Assembly (NCBI RefSeq): GCF_006345805.1
Contig: NC_042999.1
Coordinates: 60,512,001-60,576,000 of the forward strand
Origin: Octopus sinensis
Taxonomy: Eukaryota
Direction: 5' to 3'
Length of the DNA: 64,000 nt
Shown: piece after piece, positions 1 to 12,138 of the stretch
Position numbering within the stretch: the stretch's first letter is position 1
Layout of the letters: each line of letters begins with the position of its first letter
Translations under genes and position numbers: made by a program
The notes under the pieces: model-generated
Seen by the model: the letters and a program-made list of their open reading frames with translations, nothing else
Databases searched by the model: none
What the model was told of the DNA's origin: nothing

Positions 1-208
1 GGTCAAATGTGTGTTTTGTCAATGTTTAATCTTGCTTGCAGTAGCCGGTTCTTTTGGTCAAACTATCGTATCTCCCGCTGCTTCAGATGCCAAGATATGA
101 AAATTGTCAAAGTGTAGTACAACGGTTTAGCATTTTTCAAAAGTGTAGTAAATCCCACATATGACAGTTTTAGAAAAATATTTCTGAAAATATCACGCAT
201 GCAAGGGG
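1..208. mobile_element. Possible right end of a non-autonomous DNA transposon (piggyBac-like terminus)
   Basis: Ends in ...CACGCATGCAAGGGG followed by TTAC, one mismatch from a TTAA target. The other end is outside the window. Confidence 0.3.
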
Positions 209-443
209 TTACGATTTTATGCTCTCAACAAAGTATTATTGGTAAGCTTGCTAATGTGAAAAAGAAGCAGAATAGTGAAACTATTGTTTCGTTTTCTGAA
301 ACAGCAATGTTTCGGACGGCACTTTTGCATAATAGCAACGCTATGTGTGTTTGTGTCTAGATATATAGATATATAGATATGGATATGAGTCTATGTATAT
401 ATGTATCTCTACACACACAGATGTACACACAAACAGGTATATA

Positions 444-2568
444 CAGGGTGCGTAAAGTATTTGGGGACATACCATTTTTGGGTCATTGCTGCATTTATGC
501 TACCTCTGTATAATCTTTGTTTCAGAAAATAATAATGGCCACGGTTCAGCTTAGGAAATGAAGAGGTATGCTGTTATTGTGGTTATAAACGCTGAGTATA
601 GCAATTTAGAAATATCTCGATTTTTAAAAGTTGCCAGATCTTTCATCTACATAGTTTGTAAAAGAGCTAGAGACTGAAGACGGAAACGTATCACCATTGC
701 CAGAGCATAAAAAGCACTCTAAACGCTCTGAAGTCATCAGTTTAGAGGTTGTCAGCAATGAAGGACATGTGGTATTTCTTTACTTCTTTCCATAATTTTG
801 TCGCCTACATTGAGGTTCTGGAAATAATTGTTAAGGTCTGGATAGACATTGTATGCAATGCATGGCCATGTGTATTTCAGTAAGAGTCTGAGCTATCACA
901 CATGGCTCTAGTAACATTTTCATGATCATGTAATCCCTAACATTTGGCCTCCTAATTCTCCCGATCTCAATCTATGGACTGTTACTTGTGGAGCGTTGTT
1001 GAAAGAGAGGTCAATGAACGCGCCTATAACACCAAAGATTCTTTGAAAGCTGCCATAGTCAGAGTAATGTCCAAAACGACCCAGGACCACTTGATTTAAG
1101 CATCTCGCAGGTCATCCCGTTAGTTCTGTCCGAATTTTGAATAAAGAAAACAAGTGATCAAATGTTATCTTTAATTGAAATTTAATCATTAATGTTCTTT
1201 CCCTGATTATCTATGACTTCCTTCCATCTATTTACAAGCTTTTTAATCCCATTAATGTAAAACTCTTTTGGTTTCAAAGCGATGAACTCTGAAATATCAG
1301 TTTCGACCTCCTCCTGGCTTGCGAAAGTTATGTTCCCTAAATGATTCTGTAAACTATGAAACAAATGGTAGTCTGAAGGCGCAAGGTCGGAGAATAAGGT
1401 GGATGAGGAACTTTTCCCAACCAAACACTTCGATCTTTTTTTATGTGACCTTTGCAGTGTGGGGTCGCACATTGTCCCGATGAAACTTCACTCCTTTACG
1501 ATTCACCAAAGCAGGTTTTTTTTTCTTCAAAGCTTGATTCAAACGCTCTAATTTCTGATAGTAGAGTGAGCATTGATTGTTGCATTAGGTGGTAAGAATT
1601 CAAAGTGAATTACTCCTTTGCAATCCCACCGGATAGAGAGAAGATCCTTTTTCCTATAAAGGTCCCTTCTAGGCTGTGTTTGAGCTTTTTCTCTTTTACC
1701 AAGCCACTGATAAAAATGTTTAACATTCCGATAGAAGATCCATTTTTCGTCACCCGTCACAAGTCTATCCAAAAAGGGTGAAATGAGTTGGCGAGAATGG
1801 AAAAAAGAGCAGATGTCAACTCGGGATCTAGAGTTGCATTCGGACAATTCATGAGGCACCGTTTTCCAAGTTAAGGAACCTTTGCAAGTTGTTGAAGATG
1901 ACGATGAACAGTTGTATGGCTTGAACTAAGCCTTATTACCAATTCTTCAACTGATAATGCAGGATTTTCTTCAAGTTATGCCTCAAGGAGCTTATCATCA
2001 AACTCAACTGGACGTCCTGTTCGATCTTCAGCTTCAAGGCTGAAATTCCAGTTTTGAATTTTACAAACCATCTTCTGCAAGTTCTTTCATTCAAGCATTC
2101 TTTCCCATAAACTGAGTGTATGTTTCGAGTCGCATTGGCTGCAGAGTTTCCTTTTTTGTACTCATAAAGTATTAAGTGCCTCAAATGCTCTTCCATGTTA
2201 GAAAGGGTTTTAATCAAAGAAATTTTAATTCTATTATTCTGTAAAATAATATCTAATTAATTTAAATGTACACGAATGCATAGAAATAATGTTTTATTGC
2301 ATTAGACATTCTAAAATACTATTAAATTTAATTCAATTTTAAAAAAGGTAAAATCAGACACAACTTATGAGATGACCTGATATATGATTTAGATCTGAAG
2401 TAGAAGCATCTGTTGGAGTTGAAGCTGGCTTTATTGAATAAAATTATAAGAAAGAATGTTTATTTTTGTCCACATAGAATTTTTTGATAAAGTTATTATC
2501 TGTTATTATACATCTGTTTTTTTTTTTTTCATAGATATAAATCTGTCGTCAAATATCTTACGCCCTCT
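444..2568 (+). mobile_element. Decayed, internally deleted Tc1/mariner element (maT/DD37D-like), interrupted by a mariner at 1108-2379
   Basis: Starts TA|CAGGGTGCGTAAAGTATTTGGGGAC, with a degenerate inverted match near 2545-2568. ATG 558 gives MKRYAVIVVINAEYSNLEISRFLKVARSFIY. 945-971 gives WPPNSPDLN, then after a frameshift MDCYLWSVVEREVNERAYNTKDSLKAAIVRVMS. The C-terminus FRSEVEASVGVEAGFIE* resumes at 2388-2441. The catalytic spacing cannot be counted because of the deletion. Confidence 0.75.
1108..2379 (-). mobile_element. Mariner (DD34D-type) transposon with a broken transposase
   Basis: Imperfect TIRs CAGGTCATCCCGTTAGTTCTGTCCGA (1108) and CAGGTCATCTCATAAGTTGTGTCTGA (reverse complement, ending 2379). 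ORF pieces: 1936-2217 N-terminal HTH (HLRHLILYEYKKGNSAANA...RTCRRWF), 1548-1859 (PHEL, TGDEKW), 1182-1472 (DLAPSDYHLF). The middle catalytic Asp region appears deleted. Confidence 0.9.
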
Positions 2569-3471
2569 TTACATAGAAAAACAGAGACAGACTGACAGAA
2601 AGAAAACGAGAGAGGAGAGGGAGAGTGAGAGATAGAGTCAGTGGAATTAAGAGCAAATACACTGTCGATTATATAGTTTTCAATTTCTTAACATAATGTA
2701 TATCAAAATGTTTACAATTAAATATTTTTTTTTAAATGCTGACTCTGAAGACATCTGACATCATTATGATATCAATATCAAAAGATGTATAAACAGATGT
2801 ATATATAGTTGTTTAACTTTGCTCACACAACCTCCTTAAACTAAGACCATAAACATTTAGCTCCTGTCTCTCTACTGCTAATTCTTAAAAATCAGCGGGA
2901 CTTCTTTAAATGTTATGCAGCATAGGATGGTGTCCGTTTTGTCCGTATTTTGTACATACATTGTAGTTAAACATAAATATCCTTTAGTACATTACATGAT
3001 ATTTCAAGCTTGCGAACCATTTGTGATATTTCGTATACCTTTCATGGATGGAAACGCAAAGGCGAGTTGCTATTAAGGCCTAACTATACTTGTCGCTTGT
3101 AAGGTCTGTTCTTATCGATCATGCTAAGTTTATTTCCCTGTCACAATTTATATGTAAGCTCAGTGACCGCTAACATGACCGCTCTGTCCTAACTTGGAAT
3201 ATTCGTGACAGATCTACTCCATATTTTAATATATTACATAACTGTATAATTTTCGTAGCAGAAAAGCAAGCTGCGCATAGGGGAAATAGCGATGATATCC
3301 ATCACAAAGTAATACAGGGTATTGGCTAATTTCTCTAACAGATTTTGGAAGAAGAAATTCACCTAATATATATATAATACCTCATCTGAAAAACTCAATG
3401 ATTTTAGACAATTTTATTTAGTCATTACGCGGTAATCACTTATAGGTTTTAAGCTTATAAAATATTAACGT

Positions 3472-3537
<66 letters not shown>

Positions 3538-4379
3538 TTGCACTTCAATGACCATAGAACATATAAATTTGCAAAGTAGATCTGCTGATGTGTTTTGGGA
3601 GTAGATTACAGATCATGACTACAAAAAAATGGCTGTTTTACGCGAAAATGAAATTTCTTGTCAGAATCAGCAACATAAATTGAGTAAGGAAATTGAAGGA
3701 AGGCGTTGAAACTTTTCTGCAAGTTTTTTTTTTTTATTCAACAGCAAAGAGAGCTATTTTTTTTCGGAGAGAAGTATGATTGGTACGTTCAAATTTGGCA
3801 ATCTACTTGAAAATTAGTGTTACAGAATGCATTTCGTACTTGCTTACAGTGTACGATCACTCTGAAATTGACTTCAGGTAACGAAAAATGAAGACATGAA
3901 GAGTTTGGCTTCAGTTCACGAATACTGCTTTGAATCTTTAGCAGTTCGCAGTGAAAAGATGTCGCGTTCGAAATATCATAATGGATGGGTAAAGAAGCAT
4001 CTTTAAGGCAAAACAACGCATTGGTAGGTAAACAAAGGTATCAACAAAGAAAAGAGAGGGAAGGGAACATCACCTTTCAGGTAACTCAGAATAGGTAAAG
4101 TAAGCTTGTCAAAGCTTAATGCAGTTTAATTATGGAGATTAAGATTGTTTGGTATTGGATATTCATCGCGTACAATGTTCCTTATCAATTTAATTAGTGT
4201 CATAGGTGGACAGTGGAAATAAATAAACAAAATCCTTTCACTATTATAATATTCTCTAAAAATTATTCTCTAATGCCAATATACGACCATATAGATTAAA
4301 AAAGTATGGAAGATCCTACATACAAAAACGCTATGTACATACAAGAAATTAGAGAAAAAGCCGTGTCAACCACCGTTTT

Positions 4380-4535
4380 CTCTGTTTGTCTTTTTACGCG
4401 GGAGCTCTGGACAAAATGTTATAATGCATGATCATCTTTGGAACGTAAGTAATATGTATGCAAAGTTTGATGAAAATCGGTAGAGAATTACGGAAATGTA
4501 TACGTTAGTCAGCATACACACACATACTGTGATAT
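4380..4535. mobile_element. Possible Helitron/Helentron-derived non-autonomous fragment
   Basis: Motif GCAAAGTTTGATGAAAATCGG followed by ACAC/TA repeats, similar in style to the element end at 58090-58200. Confidence 0.3.
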
Positions 4536-4958
4536 ATATATACTATATATATATAAACACTTTTATATATATATAGTATATATACATATATGCATATGAG
4601 GTTTTGCAAAAGTGTGAATACATGCACAAGGACATACATGCATGCGAATATTCATGTAAGCCACAAAGGTCTAAATTCCATCAAGCATGTCTTTCGCTCT
4701 CAGGTTCTACATCACATCGATGATGTCCTTATACATAGAGATCAAGTTCGAACTCTGATATCGTATATCTTGACTTCGGCCAGAGCTGATCACAATATGC
4801 CCCTGACTAAATTGTTAAATATTCGAATCAGTGAAAATCCGCTACACTAGTTGTTTGTGTGTATGTATGTATTATATTAAGTACAGGCATAAATACATAC
4901 ATAAACTCAAACATACATACATACATACATACATACATACTTACATACATACATACAT

Positions 4959-5506
4959 GGTGGCTGCCCCCTCGTTATCGAGTATGGCCATTGCACGAAG
5001 TTTTATCAATGTTGTTATCGTGCAATGCCTGTGCAAAAGATTTTTTTAAAGTGAGGAAAGGCTGTGCACTGAGTCAATCCCACTCACTAAGCAACAGCAG
5101 CCATAATCCGAAAAGAAGAACAAGTCAACATCATCAGTAACCACTGAGCCGCAGGTTTTATATCAGAGTTATCCCAGTTACCTGAGTTAACTTCTCCTAG
5201 AAGGATGCCCTAACAAAGCCTAGGAGTCCTTCATCCCAATGGTTTAACCACGCGATCGGGTATTCAGTCTGATTATTTCTATTCCCCCGCGCATGATACA
5301 GTCTTAAGACATTGATTAGATGGCCGTTGACTCTCAAGAGTTCCTCCGCCCTTTGACAGGTTTTGTCTTTCATCCCGCAGGGTGTCCAATAAACACTCTC
5401 CTCACCAAGCAAGCTTGGTGGGGTTGCCGGTTTAGTCGCCGACGACCCGAATATGCAACAGGTTGTACTGGGTAACATGTTACCAGTAGCACTCGAAAGT
5501 GACCTG
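4959..5506 (-). mobile_element. ~550-bp GC-richer interspersed element embedded in a (TACA)n array; possibly a LINE (RTE-like) 5' UTR or derived non-autonomous element
   Basis: Sharp composition change and (TACA)n on both sides. Several perfect hairpins at 5400-5506; no credible ORF. Family assignment is from recollection only; strand is a best guess. Confidence 0.45.
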
Positions 5507-5519
5507 ACATAAAAACAAA

Positions 5520-5656
5520 CATACATACATACATACATACATACATACATACATACATACATACATACATACATACATGCATGCATGCATACATACATAC
5601 ATGCATACATACATACATACATACATACATACATACATACATACATACATACATAC
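5520..5656. repeat. (TACA)n microsatellite
   Basis: Direct reading; a matching array lies at ~4900-4958. Confidence 0.95.
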
Positions 5657-6496
5657 TTACAGGGAGAAGTGGCAGTTACAGGAACTGTACACGGAAACGT
5701 AGAACGTTCCGTCACAGTAGGTTCTAATTCAATGTGCAGGTAATGCATGTGAACGCACAGCTAAATGTCCAACGTCGCCTTCGGTGGAGATCCTTTATTT
5801 ATACGCTCGCCCAAACTCGTATATATCGACAGTAAAATCTATAATCAGCTTGGTGTGGTTTGGTTTAGGTAAATTTCATAACATTCAGGTAACGTGTATT
5901 TAAAATATATTTCTCTTTAAACGTTTATGTTCAAAACAAGTGACACATAAACATTATATACATAGGTTTTACCATTATGAGAATAGTACAGATATAATCG
6001 TATAGCTAACTAAAATTGGCTGCAAAAACTATTGAATGTATAAAATTATGTTAAGAGAATGCAAATATAGAGTTTTCCAGAATCTGTTTTAATGATATTA
6101 AATAGTTCTGCGGTAGGTGTTCCAAACTTCTAGATGTACAAATATGGTTGCTTTTGTTTTTTGCTGCTGCGATCAAATTTACAGATAAATCTCCTATCAG
6201 AAATTCTTATTGGTAATGCTCTTTACAGACCCATTATTACATGTATACATAAATGATTACATGTATACATCTCACAGATTAGTGTATGCACATACGCAAA
6301 CACACAAAAATACAGTTAAGCACATACCGACATACATACGAATCTAATTATATATATACATGCATAAACAGCTACTAACGTACACATATATGTTTGTCTG
6401 TATTATGTGGTGTTCAGTTGCAACTAAAAAAATTTTAGGAACTCTCACTCCGACTTCAAGGTAAACTGTTCATTAAACGTCTGTATGATTATTATG

Positions 6497-6652
6497 AGAG
6501 CGAGTGAGCTGGAAAAATCCTTAGCGCCCGTCTTCACGTTCTGGGTTCTAATTCCGCCAAGGTCGATGTCATCGACTATATCTATCATACAAATTTCAGG
6601 CCTTCTGCCTATAGTAGGAAGGATTGTAATTATTATTATTATTATTATTATT
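6497..6652 (+). mobile_element. Degraded SINE (family S2 head) ending in a (TTA)n tail
   Basis: GAGCTGG...TTAGC...ACGTTCTGGGTTCTAATTCCGCCAAGGTCGA head and AAATTTCAGGCCTT...AGGATT(TTA)n tail, shared with the copy at 11626-11844. Confidence 0.65.
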
Positions 6653-7180
6653 CAGTAGTTTTATTTTTATAGCGTGCTTTCACTTCTCTTCCAAGCGCAG
6701 CACTGTGTGCCTTGGGTATGTGCTGTGATTTGTTGTGATGCTCTGATGGTTATTGTATGGAAAGTGTTCTGCGTAGGATGTGTGCAGTGCCTAGTAGTGC
6801 AATTTTCTGTATGTTATATGTGTTTGTAAGTCCTGGTGTTTTTGTTATGTATTTGTCTGAATATTTTTTTATCATGTCTAATGCACCTACTATGATGGGA
6901 ATTGTTTCTGTTTTCAGATTCCACATTCTAGTTACCTCTATTTCCAGGTCTTTGTATTTTGAGAGTTTCTCCATTTCTTTTAGAGACACGTTGTCATCTG
7001 CCGGTATTGATACATCAATTAGAAAGCATTTTTTTTCTTCATGATCTCTGACAACTATATCTGGTCTGTTGGCCTTAATTTCTCTATCTGTGTGTATCGG
7101 CATATCCCAGAGTATGGTTGCTTTCTCGTTTTCTGTGACCTTTTCTGGTGTGTGCCTATACCATCTTTTTTCTGTTGTTA
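6653..7180 (-). mobile_element. 5'-truncated R4/Dong-clade non-LTR retrotransposon (endonuclease end + 3' UTR)
   Basis: ORF 6750-7103: RPDIVVRDHEEKKCFLIDVSIPADDNVSLKEMEKLSKY, a restriction-like PD-(D/E)xK endonuclease. Near-identical to 7268-7790 and bounded by (TTA)n on both sides. Confidence 0.9.
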
Positions 7181-7267
<87 letters not shown>

Positions 7268-7269
<2 letters not shown>

Positions 7270-10200
7270 CTAGTTTTATTTTATAGCGTGCTTTCACTTC
7301 ACTAACGAAGGCAGCTCTGTGTGCCCTTAGGTATGTGCTGTGATTTGTTGTGATGCTGTGATGGTTATTGTATGGAAAGTGTTCTGCGTAGGATGTGCGC
7401 AGTGCCTAGTAGTGCAATTTTCTGTATGTTATATGTGTTTGTAAGTCCTGGTGTTTTTGTTATGTATTTGTCTGAATATTTTTTTATCATACCTAATGCA
7501 CCTACTATGATAGGAATTGTTTCTGTTTTTAGATTCCACATTCTGGTTACCTCTATTTCCAAGTCTTTGTATTTTGAGAGTTTCTCCATTTCTTTTATAG
7601 ACACGTTGTCATCTGCCGGTATTGATACATCAATTAGAAAGCATTTTTTTCTTCATGATCTCTGACAACTATATCTGGTCTGTTGGCCTTAATTTCTCTA
7701 TCTGTGTGTATCGGCATATCCCAGAGTATGGTTGCTTTCTCGTTCTCTGTGACCTTTTCTGGTGTGTGCCTATATCATCTTTTTTCTGTTGTTATTCCAT
7801 AATGTTGGCATAGCTTCCAGTGTATGTAGGTTCCAACTCTGTAATGTCTGTGAATATATTCCTTCTTAGCCAGGACTGGGCAGCCAGAGATAATATGATT
7901 TATTGTTTCTTGTCCATCTCCACATATTCTGCAGTTACTTGTTATATTTCTTTTCATTACATGTTTTTGGTAATTTCTGGTGGGGAGGCTTTGGTCTTGT
8001 GCTGCAATTAAAAATCCCTCTGTCTCTGCTTTGAGTCCTGAGCTTCTCAACCATTGCTGGGATTTTTCTTTGTCTATTTCTTTTGCATTTAGTTTAGTCC
8101 AGTATTTACCATGAAGGGGCTTTTCTTGCCATCGTTTTATCATGGTTCTTTGCTGTTCTAGTTTTAGTTTGGATTTCATTTGTTTTATAGCTTTTGTTGT
8201 TTCTTCATCTTCTTCTTCTTCTTCTTCTTCTTCTTCATATTTGTTAGGTGGTATGATTTCTTGTTTGTATTTGTCAGCTTCCTTAAATACTGAGTACAGT
8301 TTTTTGTTTTGCTCGTGTTTTGTCGCTATTTGTATCAGTTTTCCTTCCTTCTGAAGTAGATATTTTTGCAGTGCTATGGTGGTTATTTTATAGTAGTTTT
8401 CCAGCTGTATAAGGCCTCTACCACCTTCTATACGTTATATATATAGTCTTTCTATGTCAGATTTTGGGTGATGCATCCTAGATCCTGTCAGTATTTTTCT
8501 TGTTTTCCTATCTATTTTGGTCAGTTCATTTAGTGTCCAGTTAAGGATATTGTAGCTGTAACTTATAACTGGGACAGCTAAAGTGTTAATACCTATTATC
8601 TTGTTTTTAGTATTGAGCTCTGTTTTTAGTATTGATCTAACACGTCTATAATATTCTTTTTTTATTTTCTCTATCATTTTTGTGTGTTGTGTCTTATCTA
8701 TTTCATGGATTCCTAACTATTTGTAAGTTTGGCTTTGGTCTAATTCTTTTATTTCATTGGTTTTATCTAGTGTGATGTTGCTACTCTTAACTAGTTTTCC
8801 TCTTTTCATGGTTACTTTGGCGCATTTTTCTAATCCAAATTTCATATCTATTTCTTTGGTAAATCCATGAACTGTCTTTAATAGTGTTTCCAGCTGTTTG
8901 TCGTTTGCAGCGTATAGTTTTAGGTCATCCATATATAAAAGGTGACTGATCGTTTTACCGTAACATTTATACCCGCATCCAGTTCTATTTAGCATATCAG
9001 ATAGAGGTGACAGTGCCAAGCAGAAAAGGAGTGGAGAGAGCGTGTCTCCCTGGAATATTCCTCTTCTAATGGGGATGTCTTTGGTTTTCACGAGTCCCTC
9101 TTTTGTTTGGAGCTGTAGCACTGTTTGCCATTTATTCATAGAGTGTCCTATGAATTTTATGATTGTTGGTGCTACTTTGTTAATGGCTAGTGTTTCGAGG
9201 ATCCATGTGTGGGGGATGCTATCAAACGCGTTTTTGTAGTCGATCCAGTCTATACTAAGGCTTTTTTTCTTTCTGTGGCTGTCTTCAGTTATGGCTTTAT
9301 TGATCATTAGTTGATCTTTACAGCCATATGAGCCTTTGCGGCATCCTTTCTGCTCTTCTGGAAACAGTTTGTTATCGTCCAGGTGCTTGTTCAATCTTTG
9401 CGATATCACTGCAGTAAATGCCTTGTACATTGTAGGGAGACAGGTTATAGGTCTGTAGTTTTCTGGTTTTGCTGTCTCATTTGATTTGGGAATTAAGATG
9501 GTTTTCCCCTTCGTGAGCCATTCAGGCATTGTCTCTGGCTCTGCTAGTATATTGTTAAAGTTTTCAGCCAGCTTCTCGTGCATTCCTGTTAGATATTTCA
9601 ACCAGAAGTTGGGGATCTTGTCATGCCCAGGTGCCTTCCAGTTGCTTAGTCTTTGCACTGCCTGGGTGACCTCTTCAGTTGTTATGGGGGTCCAAAGTTG
9701 CTCAGATGCTGAGTTTGTTGTATTAATACTCCTTTTTTTTTGGTTGTTCGTTCGCCGACCATATTTCTCTCCAGAATTCTTCCACTTCTTCTGCCGTTGG
9801 TGCTGCAGTTATTTCTATTTTATTTTTGCCAAGTTCTTGGTAGAACTTTTGGGGGTTGGAGTTGAACTTTTTGTTTTGTTCAAAGAAACGTTGGCGTTTC
9901 TCGTACCGGCGGATCCTTTGTGCCTTGGCAAGGATATCTTGCTTTAGCTTTTCTTTTATCTCAGGTAAATCTTTTTCTGTGATGTTGTATTTGCGGAGTA
10001 TTTTTGTTTTCTTTTTGTTGCTCAGTAGCGTTGATTGTCTACTGATTTCATTAAGAATCGACAGATCTTTTCTCATTTTTTGTATTTTGTTTTGGATGTT
10101 ATTTATCCACAGGGTTTGTTAGGGTGGTGGTACTCCTATTTGGATTGGTTTGAGTGAGTATCCAGCTTCTTTTGTGGCTGCAGTGGCTGCTGCGTATACT

Positions 10201-11373
10201 AAGTCATTTAGCTCAGTGATATCGCTTTTTGCTTCAGTGGCTATTAGTTCCGTGGCGACTAGGTTTATGCTGTTTGTAATTGGAGTTGTTGTTTTGTCTA
10301 TTTTGATTTTTGGGAGGTATGGTCGGTGGTCCATTTTGAGCTCTGTGGTTTTCAGTTCTTTGATTATTCTACTTTTTATATTATCATAATCATTAGGCTC
10401 CCCTTCGTTGTTTCCAGGTTTTAGATTTGTGTCGCTTTCTTTCTCATTTGTATGTTTGTTTCTCGTGTTTTAGCTTGCTGTTTGTCGTGTATTATTATGC
10501 ATCCTTACGGTCTGGGTTTGTTGTTTTTTGTTTACATCGTCTTTGTTGGAAATGTTACGTTTGTCTTCGTGTTTTACTGTTTCAGTGTTTATATTATTGG
10601 GCATTGTTGTGTGGCTTCTATCTACATTTTCCTCATGTATTTTTTCTTTTAAATGTTCTATTTCTATTTCTGATATTTTTTTTTGCGTTGAGAATGTATC
10701 TTCGTACGTTAGCTAGTTTATTAGGGTTCATTGCTGTATCCAAGTCTATATTTATGTTATTTTCCTTCCATATTTTATATGTATGTGTTGTTGTGTTTTC
10801 AGTCTTTGGGTATAGCACTGCTGTAAAGTAAGCGTATAGGATAGAAACGTATTCCTCACGTGTCTATTTATGTCTTTTGGGTTTTATTTGCGGGACATGA
10901 GGAACAACGTCCGGCCCATTATTTTGACGGTCGTCATTTTCGTAGGGTACCGGTCCGTTCATTTCTGTTGTCACATTGTTTTGCACGTGTAGTTTTTCGT
11001 ACATTTTATGTTGTAAGTTTAAAGTACGTACTTCCCGATTGTTATTCTTGGGTTGAATAATATCGGTGTTATTTAATTTCTTCGTAGTTTTTTGGTACAT
11101 GGTGTTTGGGGTCGGGGATGATCTGGTGTTGATGGATCGTAATGTTTCACGCATGTTTACATGTGTTGTGTTAGAGGTGGAGATGATATCGAGTTAAAAT
11201 ACATCATTTCGTTTCGAAAATAGTAATAAATTGCAATGAGTATTACTTACCCGGATATAGTCCAATCCTTTGTCAGTAAATTTTTGGCTCCATACGATGT
11301 CTTTGTTTTCGATGTTTGTGGACAAATTTCGGAACACTGTTTTATCGTTCTCACATCTTAAACGTCCCCGGTC
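7268..11373 (-). mobile_element. Near full-length R4/Dong-clade non-LTR retrotransposon, ORF disrupted by stops and frameshifts
   Basis: RT at 8717-9658 (KAPGHDKI, YRPITCL, GIFQGDTLSPLLF, YMDD). CCHC knuckle CRICGDGQETINHIISGC in 7775-8179 and restriction-like endonuclease in 7365-7700. Flanked by (TTA)n at 7181-7267 and 11374-11625. Dong elements are known to target TAA repeats. Confidence 0.92.
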
Positions 11374-11448
11374 TTATTATTATTATTATCATTATTATTA
11401 TCATTATTATTATCATTATTATTATTATTGTTATTATTATTGTTATTA

Positions 11449-11494
<46 letters not shown>

Positions 11495-11568
11495 GTTATT
11501 ATTATTATTATTATATTATTATTATTATTATTATTATTATATTATTATTGTTATTATTATTATTATTA

Positions 11569-11602
<34 letters not shown>

Positions 11603-11625
11603 GTTATTATTGTTATTATTATTAT
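11374..11625. repeat. (TTA)n microsatellite, ~250 bp, imperfect
   Basis: Direct reading. Confidence 0.95.
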
Positions 11626-11844
11626 AAAGGTGGCGAGCTAGCTAAATCTTTAACGTGTTGGAGGAACTGCTTAGCGGTATTTCGCCCATCGCTACGTTCT
11701 GATTTCAAATTGCACCGGGGTCGATTTTACATTGCACCCTTTCGGGATCGATAGATCAAGTACAAGTGAAACACAGGGATCGCTGTAATACCCTGCCCTA
11801 AAATTTCAGGCCTTGTGACTTTAGGAGAAAGGATTGTTATTATT
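11626..11844 (+). mobile_element. SINE (family S2 head, TTA-tail variant)
   Basis: GGTGGCGAGCT head, ACGTTCTGATTTCAAATT B-box-like motif, CCCTTTCGGGATCGATA body, AAATTTCAGGCCTTGTG...GGATTGTTATT tail. Confidence 0.75.
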
Positions 11845-11884
11845 CACAATATTTTACTTTATTTTTGGTATTCCAGCCAGTCAT

Positions 11885-12003
11885 CTGGTTCCGGGTGCAG
11901 TCCCATTGGGTGGTACATTGGGCAAGTGTCTTCTCCTATAGCCTCGAGCCGACCAAAGCCTTGTGGGTGGATTTGCTAGATGGAAACTGAAAGAAGCCTA
12001 GCG

Positions 12004-12051
<48 letters not shown>

Positions 12052-12130
12052 CAAATAAATATATATGTATGTATGTATGTGTTTGTGTGTCTGTGTTTGT
12101 CCACCACAATCGCTTGACAACCAATGATGG
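11885..12130 (+). mobile_element. SINE family S1 (tRNA head + CORE-like domain), partial
   Basis: GGTTCCGGGTGCAGTCCCA...TTGGGCAAGTGTCTTCT...GACCAAAGCCTTGTG, matching the full copy at 20721-21146. Confidence 0.85.
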
Positions 12131-12138
12131 AATATATA

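Noticed and set aside
2900-4110. Unique-looking sequence as host exons (including ORF 3789-4016)
   Set aside because: No recognisable protein motif or consistent splice-bounded open frame found by hand; cannot be supported without RNA data.
6757-10122. Plus-strand ORFs over the Dong elements (e.g. 6757-7044, 7372-7665, 9486-9947)
   Set aside because: Antisense shadows of the minus-strand retrotransposon ORF.
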